Virus record (IMG/VR): IMGVR_UViG_3300033816_000828
Span: 1 to 64,000 of that record
Length of the DNA stretch: 64,000 nt
Reading direction: 5' to 3' (one strand)
From: a virus
The notes below the pieces were generated by a model, which was given only the letters and a program-made list of their open reading frames with translations, was not told the DNA's origin and searched no databases. The position numbers and the translations under genes were made by a program. How positions within the stretch are numbered: the first letter of the stretch is position 1; each line of letters begins with the position of its first letter. Of the stretch, positions 20,223 through 28,824 are shown piece by piece.

Positions 20223-20718
20223 GTTTCACCTTTATTTTTTGTACTGAAAGTATAACATCAGATAAGTTTTTAATACCATTAGCCAGATATGATAATCTGT
20301 CCATTCTCTGTTTTGCGTATTTTTGTATTTTATGCAATGACTGTGCCTTGTCATTATGTTTAATTGCTTGGTAAGATTTTTCTAAATACCCATAACCTTT
20401 ATAATTATTAATCTCGTCCGCAATCGTCTCCTTCACCGTTTCTTCTGCCCAATTATATCTAGCGATTTCTCTATTTAATGTTCTTTGTAAGTAAAAAGAG
20501 TATTGTGCTAGTCTATAAGATATTTGAGCACAATCTTCAGGAGTTAATTTTTCAATTTGATCCCTACTCATTGTGAAATATATATTGAGTTCTTGATCAT
20601 TAAATCCGTGTGTGTTTTGATATTGACCAAGACCTATTGATGACTCATATTCATCTAATACTTTATCCCATTGTTCGACTTGTTCTTTAGTTGTTTGCAA
20701 CGATATGCTCCCATTCAT
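20212..20718 (-). CDS. Helical hypothetical protein (possible UvsY-like recombination mediator)
   Basis: Coiled-coil-like; lies between the recA and dnaB genes. Confidence 0.4.
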   Translation of the reverse strand: MNGSISLQTTKEQVEQWDKVLDEYESSIGLGQYQNTHGFNDQELNIYFTMSRDQIEKLTPEDCAQISYRLAQYSFYLQRTLNREIARYNWAEETVKETIADEINNYKGYGYLEKSYQAIKHNDKAQSLHKIQKYAKQRMDRLSYLANGIKNLSDVILSVQKIKVKHAS

Positions 20719-21088
20719 TAATAGTATTATAAGCTAGTTCTATATATGATATACCATTAACACGACACCATTCGCATTTATCTTTATCTCTCTTTTGTGC
20801 TTTTAAGAAAGACAATTTATTATTATGATAAAAGGATGAAAATGCGTAATGCTGTTCACCATGCACTTCTATGCATTTACGATTTAGTGGTAAATAAAAA
20901 TCTAAATATAAAACTTCTGATTTTCTGACATGTACTGGAACTTCCTCTAAAATTTGCATTGTGGGATATATTTTTTTAAGTACTTCTCTGGCTTTAATAT
21001 GATAACTAGACTTATGCTGATAAGATTTACTCATATTACCAGTTAATTGCCAAATAGAACTATTACCGTCCAAATCAATCACATTCAT
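20687..21088 (-). CDS. Vsr/DUF559-like endonuclease
   Basis: LDFYLP...IEVHGEQHY...RDKDK.EWC..NGI. Confidence 0.75.
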   Translation of the reverse strand: MNVIDLDGNSSIWQLTGNMSKSYQHKSSYHIKAREVLKKIYPTMQILEEVPVHVRKSEVLYLDFYLPLNRKCIEVHGEQHYAFSSFYHNNKLSFLKAQKRDKDKCEWCRVNGISYIELAYNTINEWEHIVANN

Positions 21089-22098
21089 TATATACCCATA
21101 GTCTTTTTGACTTCCTGATAAAGATTTTCATAAATATCTTTATTTTCAATTAGAAAGTTTCTGACCTTTTCTGTTCCTTGAAATTTGTTCTTATCGTCAT
21201 TCATAAACGATAGTGTGTACCAAGCTCCACCCTTATTAATTAGTCCTATATCCACAGCAAGATTGATAAGCTCCATTTCTTTATCAATACCTTTACCATA
21301 TCTAATAAAAGATGTGATATTACCACCGGGAGGACCTAATGCTGAACACATAGTTTGCCATTCAACTTCTTGACCTATTTGAGTATTGTCTGTACCTAAT
21401 AACCAAGGTTTAAAACTTTTGGCCCTAAGCTTAATATCTGTTTGATAAGCTATTGCCTGCCCACTCTTTTCTTTAAATTCTGCACCATATCCAGTTGGAT
21501 TACCCATAAGATGGGTTATGCCAATAACAATATTTTTATTAACAGGAATCACATTGGCAACTTTTCTACAAAATTTTGCTAATAGTTTTGCCCCATCTGC
21601 TCTTTGCATCTTATCCATATCACTGGTAATTTCTGCCTCAGTACACAAAGCTGAATAAGAGTCTATTATTAGTACAGATCCAGGATCTTCATTAATAATT
21701 CTTTCGCCAATTTGTAGATATTCTTCTGCGTGTAAAATTTTACCTGTTTGAGACCCTATAACATCAAATTTATCTAAATTTAGATTCGGTATGCCCTCAA
21801 TATCTCTTTTTTTCAATCTTCCTTCAATATTCAAGTAATATACATTTCTAGGCTCTGAACCAATTGCATATTCTTCTCTTTGTGAGGTAGCGGCGAAGTC
21901 TAAACTCGTTGTTGTTTTTCCGCACTTCGGTTGACCTGTTAATACAACAAAACTACCTTCTGGAATACCTCCATTTAATATTAAGTCTAGTGCTGGACTT
22001 ACTGGTATAACTATATTTTTTTTATCAATAATGCTATTAGCTGATAAAATTATATCATTACCAAAATCTTTTTTTATACTATCTTGAATTGCTACCAT
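21088..22098 (-). CDS. recA: RecA/UvsX-like recombinase
   Basis: LDLIL.GGIPEG, GQPKCGKTT, LIIDSYSAL, GID...L..LA...GLI.KGGAWY. Confidence 0.9.
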   Translation of the reverse strand: MVAIQDSIKKDFGNDIILSANSIIDKKNIVIPVSPALDLILNGGIPEGSFVVLTGQPKCGKTTTSLDFAATSQREEYAIGSEPRNVYYLNIEGRLKKRDIEGIPNLNLDKFDVIGSQTGKILHAEEYLQIGERIINEDPGSVLIIDSYSALCTEAEITSDMDKMQRADGAKLLAKFCRKVANVIPVNKNIVIGITHLMGNPTGYGAEFKEKSGQAIAYQTDIKLRAKSFKPWLLGTDNTQIGQEVEWQTMCSALGPPGGNITSFIRYGKGIDKEMELINLAVDIGLINKGGAWYTLSFMNDDKNKFQGTEKVRNFLIENKDIYENLYQEVKKTMGI

Positions 22099-22513
22099 TG
22101 TCTATGTCCTTTAATTTGTCTAGAATATTTTTTTTATGGCCGGAGTTTTGCTTACCTTCTTGAAGAAAGTTTCTATCAACAGGTGGTTTGTGCGTATGAT
22201 CTTTTTGCGAAAGCTCTTTCTTCGCTTGCCTATCTACTATATCGATCAGGTGAGGCGCTCGCAATGAATAAATTTTTACGCCATCACTAGTGGATAATGC
22301 GCTAATTATAGTTTTTGGATTATATTTTTTTAATAACTTATGCGCAGTAGCAATTTGTCCTTTATATTCTTTTTCCCATTCTGATGAAACCCAAAATCTA
22401 TAATGTAAATCCTTTTTATTTTTTTTTGCTATTCTTTCACATATAATCTCAGTAATGAATTGGGCAGCAGTGACAGTTTTACCATTAGAATACTTAGATG
22501 GATACTTGTTCAT
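22079..22513 (-). CDS. Hypothetical protein
   Basis: 144-aa ORF coupled in operon. Confidence 0.6.
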   Translation of the reverse strand: MNKYPSKYSNGKTVTAAQFITEIICERIAKKNKKDLHYRFWVSSEWEKEYKGQIATAHKLLKKYNPKTIISALSTSDGVKIYSLRAPHLIDIVDRQAKKELSQKDHTHKPPVDRNFLQEGKQNSGHKKNILDKLKDIDNGSNSR

Positions 22514-22839
22514 TTATTTGGCTTAAAAATATGATCCTGTGATCTTCCTTGATGATTAAATTTCTTTTTTGCATTATCATTGAATGCTGACGCTTCTCTA
22601 GTCATAATAGAGACATTATTGGTTTGTTTGTCTCTGGTGTGTCTTATCATTAATTCTTTAGATGATTTTACAGGTTCACTTTTGGTTGCAAGTGTATTTG
22701 TATTTTGCACATGATGTTTTTCTATATGCTCTTTTACGGTATCAATTTGTAAATTTAATTCTTCTGCTATTTCGTCGATTGATTTATTATTACTATATAG
22801 CCAATTAATAGCATATGTCGTTGATTTAGATAATTTCAT
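22510..22839 (-). CDS. HTH-containing hypothetical protein
   Basis: KSIDEIAEELNLQIDTVKEHI. Confidence 0.6.
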   Translation of the reverse strand: MKLSKSTTYAINWLYSNNKSIDEIAEELNLQIDTVKEHIEKHHVQNTNTLATKSEPVKSSKELMIRHTRDKQTNNVSIMTREASAFNDNAKKKFNHQGRSQDHIFKPNK

Positions 22840-23214
22840 TTAATTTAACTCCCTTTCGGCATTGGTTAGCCAAGCCCTATTTTTTGTTCTTAAAAACGTC
22901 AAATACATCTCAAATACTTTGGCATTGACTTGTTTAAAGTCCCAAGCCTTTTTGCCAGTTTTTGCTAAAAATTTAGCACCTGTTCCTTCTGAGTATAGTC
23001 CGATTGGATCATAGATCTTACCGTATAATCCGGTTTTGATAAAAAATTTGGTAGATTGATCACCTATAATTTTTTTTGCACACACGTTTGGTTTTTCACT
23101 ATTGAGTCTAGGATTTTTATCTTCGTCTATATATTCGTGTTGTCCAATCATAGTAAAATATTCTATGGTATTATTTGTATTATCTTTTGGCCTTACAAAA
23201 AAATCTTGATTCAT
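22840..23214 (-). CDS. Hypothetical protein
   Basis: 124-aa ORF coupled in operon. Confidence 0.6.
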   Translation of the reverse strand: MNQDFFVRPKDNTNNTIEYFTMIGQHEYIDEDKNPRLNSEKPNVCAKKIIGDQSTKFFIKTGLYGKIYDPIGLYSEGTGAKFLAKTGKKAWDFKQVNAKVFEMYLTFLRTKNRAWLTNAERELN

Positions 23215-23594
23215 TTTTTAATATTCCTTCTTTTTTTATTTCCAGATGTTCCTGGCCATTTTATTTTTGGTTGTTTTTTTACCCTAGACATTCCAGAAGG
23301 TAAAGGTTTTTTATATTGATCATCTTTATAGGCATTGTGTTTACTGTATAAGGCTTGTTTTTCATCATCGCTCATTCTTTCTGAGTTTCTCAATGCTAGG
23401 TCACCAATTGTTTTTAGTTCTGTATCAGATTTTTTTACAGAAGTATTTAATGTGATAGCATCTTTGGTTATGTTTCGCTCTGTTGAACCAGATTGACATA
23501 CTACACATGATGGATTTGAAATATAATCTTTAATATAGAAAAATAGCTCAAATTCAGAATGGCATTTATTACAAAAATAAGAATATGTTGGCAT
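23211..23594 (-). CDS. FmdB-family Zn-ribbon protein
   Basis: MPTYSYFCNKCHSEFE...CVVC.S. Confidence 0.8.
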   Translation of the reverse strand: MPTYSYFCNKCHSEFELFFYIKDYISNPSCVVCQSGSTERNITKDAITLNTSVKKSDTELKTIGDLALRNSERMSDDEKQALYSKHNAYKDDQYKKPLPSGMSRVKKQPKIKWPGTSGNKKRRNIKK

Positions 23595-24181
23595 TAATAG
23601 TTAGATAATTGAGGCAAGTAGTTGACCCATTCTTCTGGCATATCGTCTTTTATTTTATTCAAAAGCTCACACACAGGCAAGTATTTCAAATGTTTATTGG
23701 GTTTTATTGGGATATTGCACAATGGCATATTGGCCTCTTTGGGTGTTCTATTTCTTTTTTTTCTATTACATTCTATACAGGCTGTTACTATATTTGTCCA
23801 ACATGTTGCTGATCTATTATCATCATTCCATTTAGATTTCGGTATTACATGATCATATGTTAAAGTATTTATATCATATTTTTTATTACAATACTGACAT
23901 GTATAATTATCTCTTATATAAATATTTTTTCTAGAAAATGTCACCAGTTGGTGATTGATCTTAAAAAATCTTTGAGTCTTGGCTATTGCCGGTATAGGGT
24001 ATTTTTTATCGACCCCATTAATATAATCATTTTTGTAAAAGTCTAATATTTCTATGCCATACTTTGGATTATGTTCAAATCTCATAGACCATATCATAGC
24101 TCTTTGCCATGATATAATATTTAGAGGACTATAATCAGCATTTAATAATAAACATTCTTTATGCTTGTGTTCCATTTTCAA
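23594..24181 (-). CDS. HNH endonuclease (McrA-like)
   Basis: LLLNADYSPL, RDNYTCQYC, TYDHVIPKS, NIVTACIECNRKK.NRTP.EA. Confidence 0.9.
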   Translation of the reverse strand: MKMEHKHKECLLLNADYSPLNIISWQRAMIWSMRFEHNPKYGIEILDFYKNDYINGVDKKYPIPAIAKTQRFFKINHQLVTFSRKNIYIRDNYTCQYCNKKYDINTLTYDHVIPKSKWNDDNRSATCWTNIVTACIECNRKKRNRTPKEANMPLCNIPIKPNKHLKYLPVCELLNKIKDDMPEEWVNYLPQLSNY

Positions 24182-24887
24182 AAGTGTCTAATCTTGATAA
24201 GATCTTGGCTATAATAGGATTTCTGACAATATCTGAAGATTCTAGTTTACAATTTCCAATACCTTCAATTCCGTCCAAAGCGTTGATCATATTAATAAAA
24301 CCTCCTTGTAGATGTCGGCTCAAGTCGGACTGACCTATATCTCCAGTAAGAATAAGTTTACTGTCATGACCTACTCTTGTCAATAACATTTTTAATTGCT
24401 CATATGATGCATTTTGGCATTCGTCAGCAACTATAAAACAATTATGAAAATTACGACCTCTCATAAGCCCTAATGGGACAACTTCGATTTTATTATTTAG
24501 TTTTAGAGACGCATATTGTGCCATACTGATAAAATGATTAATTTCATCAATAATCGGCAATAAATAAGGATGTAATTTTTCTTCTGCTGTTCCTGGTAAA
24601 TATCCAATTTTTTCCCCAGCTTCTATAACTGGTCTTGTAATAACAATTCTATTAACTTTCTGGTCCAATAAATATTCTAACGCCATACCAATTGCTATAT
24701 GAGTTTTACCTGATCCGGCCAAACCTTGACAAAAAGTTATGGTATTTTCAGCAACAGTTCTTATATACTCTTTTTGATTATCGCTTCTTGGTTTTAATTT
24801 ATTTCTAAATATATTACCAATTTGGGTATGATTATCAATATTATTAGTTAAATCAACAGCTTTTTTCTTTTTGTTATTTTTTCTCAA
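24159..24887 (-). CDS. phoH: PhoH-family ATPase
   Basis: GLAGSGKT, TRP, GYLPG, MRGRNF, DECQN, LTRVG, GD..QSDL, DIVRN. Confidence 0.95.
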   Translation of the reverse strand: MRKNNKKKKAVDLTNNIDNHTQIGNIFRNKLKPRSDNQKEYIRTVAENTITFCQGLAGSGKTHIAIGMALEYLLDQKVNRIVITRPVIEAGEKIGYLPGTAEEKLHPYLLPIIDEINHFISMAQYASLKLNNKIEVVPLGLMRGRNFHNCFIVADECQNASYEQLKMLLTRVGHDSKLILTGDIGQSDLSRHLQGGFINMINALDGIEGIGNCKLESSDIVRNPIIAKILSRLDTFENGTQA

Positions 24888-24909
24888 TGGTTACCCTTTA
24901 TGAATAAAG

Positions 24910-27102
24910 TTAAATTAGACATGCACCACCAGCGCAACTAATTTCCTCTATTCCGACCGTGTTATCCTCCGTTTCAGATAGTTGCGTATAATCAACCTTC
25001 TTAAAACTATTAAACAGATCGCAGTATATTTTCCAATTATATACATCTTTCATACAGTAAGTTAATCTTCTAGTATCCCCATCAAAATATTTACCGGCAA
25101 AGTTTTTCATTTTTGTCACAAATATTAATTTGGATTCGTGATGATCTTTGCTTGCTTGATTCAAAGTTACATAATCACAAGCTGCCCATAGATTATTATT
25201 GAATGCATTAAGAGCTAATTCAATTAAACCAGAGCACCATAATGCAGCATCCCCATACTCTTTAACAATTTCACGACTTGTATAAACTGTTGTAAATGGT
25301 GCTTGTGGATAGTCTTTGTCTCCACTTTGTGGGATTAAACTAATACCAGCAAAATATTTACGATTATCATAAATAAATTTGGTTACATCAGTCCACTCTT
25401 CTGGTTTAACTGTGACAGTGTTGCTCACATTATGGCTAAGATATTCTTGGGTACATAATGATTTATTTTTACCAGAATAGACCCAATTTTTTTGAGTATC
25501 TTTTACAATAGATAACATTTCTACTGCTGGTAATTGATTCTTTAATTTAGCACCGTCTGGTACTTCTATTGGGAATTTAATTACCTCATCAGTATTATTG
25601 GCTGACCAACTAGACTTCTCACAGGCTTGCGGGTTTAGTTTTTTAAAGTGCTGATATGGTGCTTCTAAAATATTGGCCTGTACATGTCTTATATATCGTT
25701 TGGCGTGATGAGGATGAATACCAGAACTTGTTCCCAGCATACTTGAACTGGTGCCTTCTGGCTTTAAACAGGTCACTCTAGCGGCCTGATTGATATTGAT
25801 CTTTTTTGATAAAACCTTATTAGTTTCAACGGCCACTTTAGCTCCTGTTCTTAGGATCTTTTCTGATAGTACAAGGTCATGCTTTTCCATAGTGCCAGTT
25901 AGAGAAACTCCTAATAAGGCCTCTCTTGCAAAGATTTTGCAACTGGTCTCTCCGAGATAGTCTAATTTAGTAAAGCCAGCTTGTAAAGTACCAATAATTG
26001 CTGCCGCTTTGCATCTTTCATAAAAGTCATTTTCGTCTTCTATTGATGAACAATTAATAGTAGAAAGATTGCATCCTTGCCATCCGCTTTTTCCGCTTTC
26101 CTCATCTACTGGCCACATACCTACCTCAACACATGGATTAAATGTCATTTCAGTAGAATCACTCCAAATAAATCCTGGTTCTCCAAATTCTTTAACAGAC
26201 TCCATAAGTGTGTTGAATTCTTCAAACGTAACACTGTCTCTGAGTAAAAGGGCTGAATTGTTGCTTCGTGCTCTTTGGGGATTATCTATATACCAATTGC
26301 CAGTTTTAGCTTTTGCCATTTCTTCGTCATCATGACTAAACAATGCAAGACTAGCAGATCGTCTAACTCCGCCACTCAATACAGCGTCGCTACTATGCAT
26401 AATAATATCATAAGCATCAATTGGACGTAATTTTTTTTGTCCATTAGCAATACAACGGTCTAGTAGGGTTCGTATTTTTTCTAAGCCGTTCGCTAATGGT
26501 TCATAACCAGGAGCCTTACCTACTCCAGAAGCCAAAGAAGATCCTTTTGGTCTAATATTAGAATAGTCAAATAATATGTGACAATTTTTATATTGTTGGA
26601 ATTCTTCGATAGGTTTACTAAAGTAACTACTCAATAAAACACCTAAAGCGTCAGACCAACCCTCAATACTATCATCAATTACATATTTAGTGCCTATGTC
26701 CTCTGGAGGATTGTGTTCTAATGTTGGTAATTTAGAAACATGGTGTTTTTGTACACTAAACCCCGTACCACTACCACACAATAATAGCCAGAAACACTCT
26801 TGAAAAAATCTTAATCTGTCACAATAAGAACTTGTACAATTATATATTTTGGCATGTCTTTTTAAAATTGGTTCGCCACCAAATTGTAATGCTCTTTGGC
26901 TTCCAAGAACTTTCTTTTTATACATCATATCATAAGCCCAATCTATATCGTCTTTTATATCAAACCCACCATAAACAGTGTGCATCATATTGCGAACCCT
27001 GTCTACTGCTTCCTTCCAAGTTTCACGACGATTTTTTTCTTCGATCCAACGAGCATATTTACTGACAAATGTATAATTCTGTAGTTCTTGAAGCGAGGAC
27101 AT
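24910..27102 (-). CDS. nrdJ: Class II (adenosylcobalamin-dependent) ribonucleotide reductase
   Basis: IYNC, GGVRRSA, RARSNNS, GEPG, NPCVE, CNL, KPEGTSS, C-terminal CAGGAC. Confidence 0.92.
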   Translation of the reverse strand: MSSLQELQNYTFVSKYARWIEEKNRRETWKEAVDRVRNMMHTVYGGFDIKDDIDWAYDMMYKKKVLGSQRALQFGGEPILKRHAKIYNCTSSYCDRLRFFQECFWLLLCGSGTGFSVQKHHVSKLPTLEHNPPEDIGTKYVIDDSIEGWSDALGVLLSSYFSKPIEEFQQYKNCHILFDYSNIRPKGSSLASGVGKAPGYEPLANGLEKIRTLLDRCIANGQKKLRPIDAYDIIMHSSDAVLSGGVRRSASLALFSHDDEEMAKAKTGNWYIDNPQRARSNNSALLLRDSVTFEEFNTLMESVKEFGEPGFIWSDSTEMTFNPCVEVGMWPVDEESGKSGWQGCNLSTINCSSIEDENDFYERCKAAAIIGTLQAGFTKLDYLGETSCKIFAREALLGVSLTGTMEKHDLVLSEKILRTGAKVAVETNKVLSKKININQAARVTCLKPEGTSSSMLGTSSGIHPHHAKRYIRHVQANILEAPYQHFKKLNPQACEKSSWSANNTDEVIKFPIEVPDGAKLKNQLPAVEMLSIVKDTQKNWVYSGKNKSLCTQEYLSHNVSNTVTVKPEEWTDVTKFIYDNRKYFAGISLIPQSGDKDYPQAPFTTVYTSREIVKEYGDAALWCSGLIELALNAFNNNLWAACDYVTLNQASKDHHESKLIFVTKMKNFAGKYFDGDTRRLTYCMKDVYNWKIYCDLFNSFKKVDYTQLSETEDNTVGIEEISCAGGACLI

Positions 27103-27191
27103 TATTTCTCCTAATAGAAAAGAATATGGCTATATCGCCAATTGATTGTGTAGATTATTTTTCATTTTAGCGATACCGTTATTAGTTATTA

Positions 27192-27659
27192 TCATAATAC
27201 ACCACCCAAGTCTTTAAGCCAAGAAAGATTAGGTTGTATATAAATAATTTCTATTCCGCTCATTGAAACGAAATTTTTAAAAATATTTTTTGCTTCTTCA
27301 TCGAATAAATGTGTGCCATGATTATTTGACATAACTACTTTCTTGATACCTTCTTGCCATAGTGCCATAATACAATCATTACAACTTTGACCAGTAACAT
27401 ATGCTATTCCATTATCTGGTCTTACAACACAGTTTGATAGAGCATTTCTTTCGGCATGAATCATCCACGGATATTTTTCTGGCCGTGTTTTAGGTAATAA
27501 ATCATCATCAAGTCCGCGAGGAAAGCCATTATATCCTACGCCTAGAATTCTATCCCTAGAATCTGTGATAACACAGCCGTGCTGTGTTTGCATATCGTGA
27601 CTACGTTGAGAAACAACTTTAGCCAAACCTAAAAAATAATCTGTCCACGATGGTCTCAT
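27192..27659 (-). CDS. dCMP deaminase
   Basis: MRPSW..YF, GYNG.P.G, HAERNA, SCNDC. Confidence 0.9.
   Translation of the reverse strand: MRPSWTDYFLGLAKVVSQRSHDMQTQHGCVITDSRDRILGVGYNGFPRGLDDDLLPKTRPEKYPWMIHAERNALSNCVVRPDNGIAYVTGQSCNDCIMALWQEGIKKVVMSNNHGTHLFDEEAKNIFKNFVSMSGIEIIYIQPNLSWLKDLGGVL
27198..27203 (-). promoter_or_regulatory. GGTGTA phage promoter-like motif upstream of nrdJ
   Basis: GGTGTATTATGATA; same motif recurs at other gene boundaries. Confidence 0.5.
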
Positions 27660-27665
27660 GGAACT

Positions 27666-27693
27666 ATTATAACAAAATGGATGGTCTGGTCAA
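27666..27693 (-). promoter_or_regulatory. sigma70-like promoter, probably giving a leaderless dCMP deaminase mRNA
   Basis: TTGACC-16 nt-TATAAT with a TGn extension; ATG lies 6 nt after the -10; no SD. Confidence 0.6.
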
Positions 27694-27696
27694 GTT

Positions 27697-27945
27697 TTAT
27701 TTTGTTGTGAGCTTGTTATATAAAACTAGAGATAAAACGCCACCAGCAACACCCATAATTACTCCTGCTGGAGAAACAGCTTCGTAACTTCCTAGTAGAT
27801 AAAGTATGGCACCTCCCATATATGAGCCAGCAACACCTAATGCTACTGTTTTTACAAAACCAAAATTTTCTTCACCGGGTACTATACTTTTGGCGATAGA
27901 ACCCACAAATAAACCATATACGCACCACACTAGAATATTAAACAT
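27697..27945 (-). CDS. GlsB/YeaQ/YmgE (transglycosylase-associated) membrane protein
   Basis: GLFVGSIAKSIVPG...LGVAGSYMGG; three hydrophobic helices. Confidence 0.8.
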   Translation of the reverse strand: MFNILVWCVYGLFVGSIAKSIVPGEENFGFVKTVALGVAGSYMGGAILYLLGSYEAVSPAGVIMGVAGGVLSLVLYNKLTTK

Positions 27946-28363
27946 TTGCTGCCTCCACTAAGGTTATGACTTCATCATCCTTGAGATCTGCTCCTGTATC
28001 TAACATAGCATTTAATAATTGCATACCATATTTAGCATATTGTTCTTTTGATAATTCTCGTCTTAATATTCTTTTTATTCTCATTTTTGTAAACATACCA
28101 CGACGAGAACTATATTCTTTGATTTCTGATCCATAAAGATTGTATTTATCTTGAGCAGTATACTCGCCAGATAGTTTATTTTTATTGCACTCTTGTAGTA
28201 CTCTGATAACTGTTAGAATAATACTAATCATCATAAGTATAGCAATAACACTACCAAATTTTTCGTCTTCGGGTACTCCAGCTTTATTTAAAACTTTGGC
28301 AGAAATAGCTTTTAACTTTTCATTATTCATTTTCGTATTACTCTGCATCCATTTGGAGTACAA
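27938..28363 (-). CDS. Hypothetical membrane protein
   Basis: One TM segment FGSVIAILMMISIILTVI. Confidence 0.6.
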   Translation of the reverse strand: MYSKWMQSNTKMNNEKLKAISAKVLNKAGVPEDEKFGSVIAILMMISIILTVIRVLQECNKNKLSGEYTAQDKYNLYGSEIKEYSSRRGMFTKMRIKRILRRELSKEQYAKYGMQLLNAMLDTGADLKDDEVITLVEAANV

Positions 28364-28653
28364 ATAGTACCACTTTTAATTACACCGGCTTGAGGAAGAC
28401 TCTGCATATGTGTTCCTGTTTCTGGTTCACAATATCCACAATCAACCATCTTGATACCGTCGCCACTAAGATACTTACCAGTACCCTTGCATACTGGACA
28501 ATTTTTTCTCTTATATTTTGTATCTGGCATTTCGATATGTGTTGATTTGATTATTCCACCAGCCAGAACAACAGATGCTGTAGTAGATCCTTTGTATTGA
28601 GATGATCCAAATAATACGGTTGCTATTAGTACCAACCCTAATAATTTATTCAT
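28327..28653 (-). CDS. Signal-peptide protein with CxxCxGxG (DnaJ-like) Zn motif
   Basis: MNKLLGLVLIATVLFG; CPVCKGTG...CGYC. Confidence 0.6.
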   Translation of the reverse strand: MNKLLGLVLIATVLFGSSQYKGSTTASVVLAGGIIKSTHIEMPDTKYKRKNCPVCKGTGKYLSGDGIKMVDCGYCEPETGTHMQSLPQAGVIKSGTICTPNGCRVIRK

Positions 28654-28813
28654 TTTTTACTCTTGGAAAGATTCTTTTTCTTTTTGGTTTTGGATGATCC
28701 ACGCTATCATCAGCTTCTGTCTTTTCTGGTACTATTAATTTAAGTACCGCCAAGATAAAAGTTAATAGCATACTAATTAGTCGTTGCAAAGCGATTCTAT
28801 CTATTAGTCTCAT
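28646..28813 (-). CDS. 55-aa membrane protein absent from the ORF track
   Basis: MRLIDRIALQRLISMLLTFILAVLKLIVPEK...RKRIFPRVKNE; fills the intergenic gap. Confidence 0.6.
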   Translation of the reverse strand: MRLIDRIALQRLISMLLTFILAVLKLIVPEKTEADDSVDHPKPKRKRIFPRVKNE

Positions 28814-28818
28814 TATTA

Positions 28819-28824
28819 TACACC
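28819..28824 (-). promoter_or_regulatory. GGTGTA phage promoter-like motif
   Basis: GGTGTATAATAATG directly before the 55-aa ORF. Confidence 0.55.

Noticed and set aside
27103-27191. Cobalamin riboswitch or NrdR box upstream of nrdJ
   Set aside because: Leader is too short, and no B12-box or NrdR palindrome was recognised
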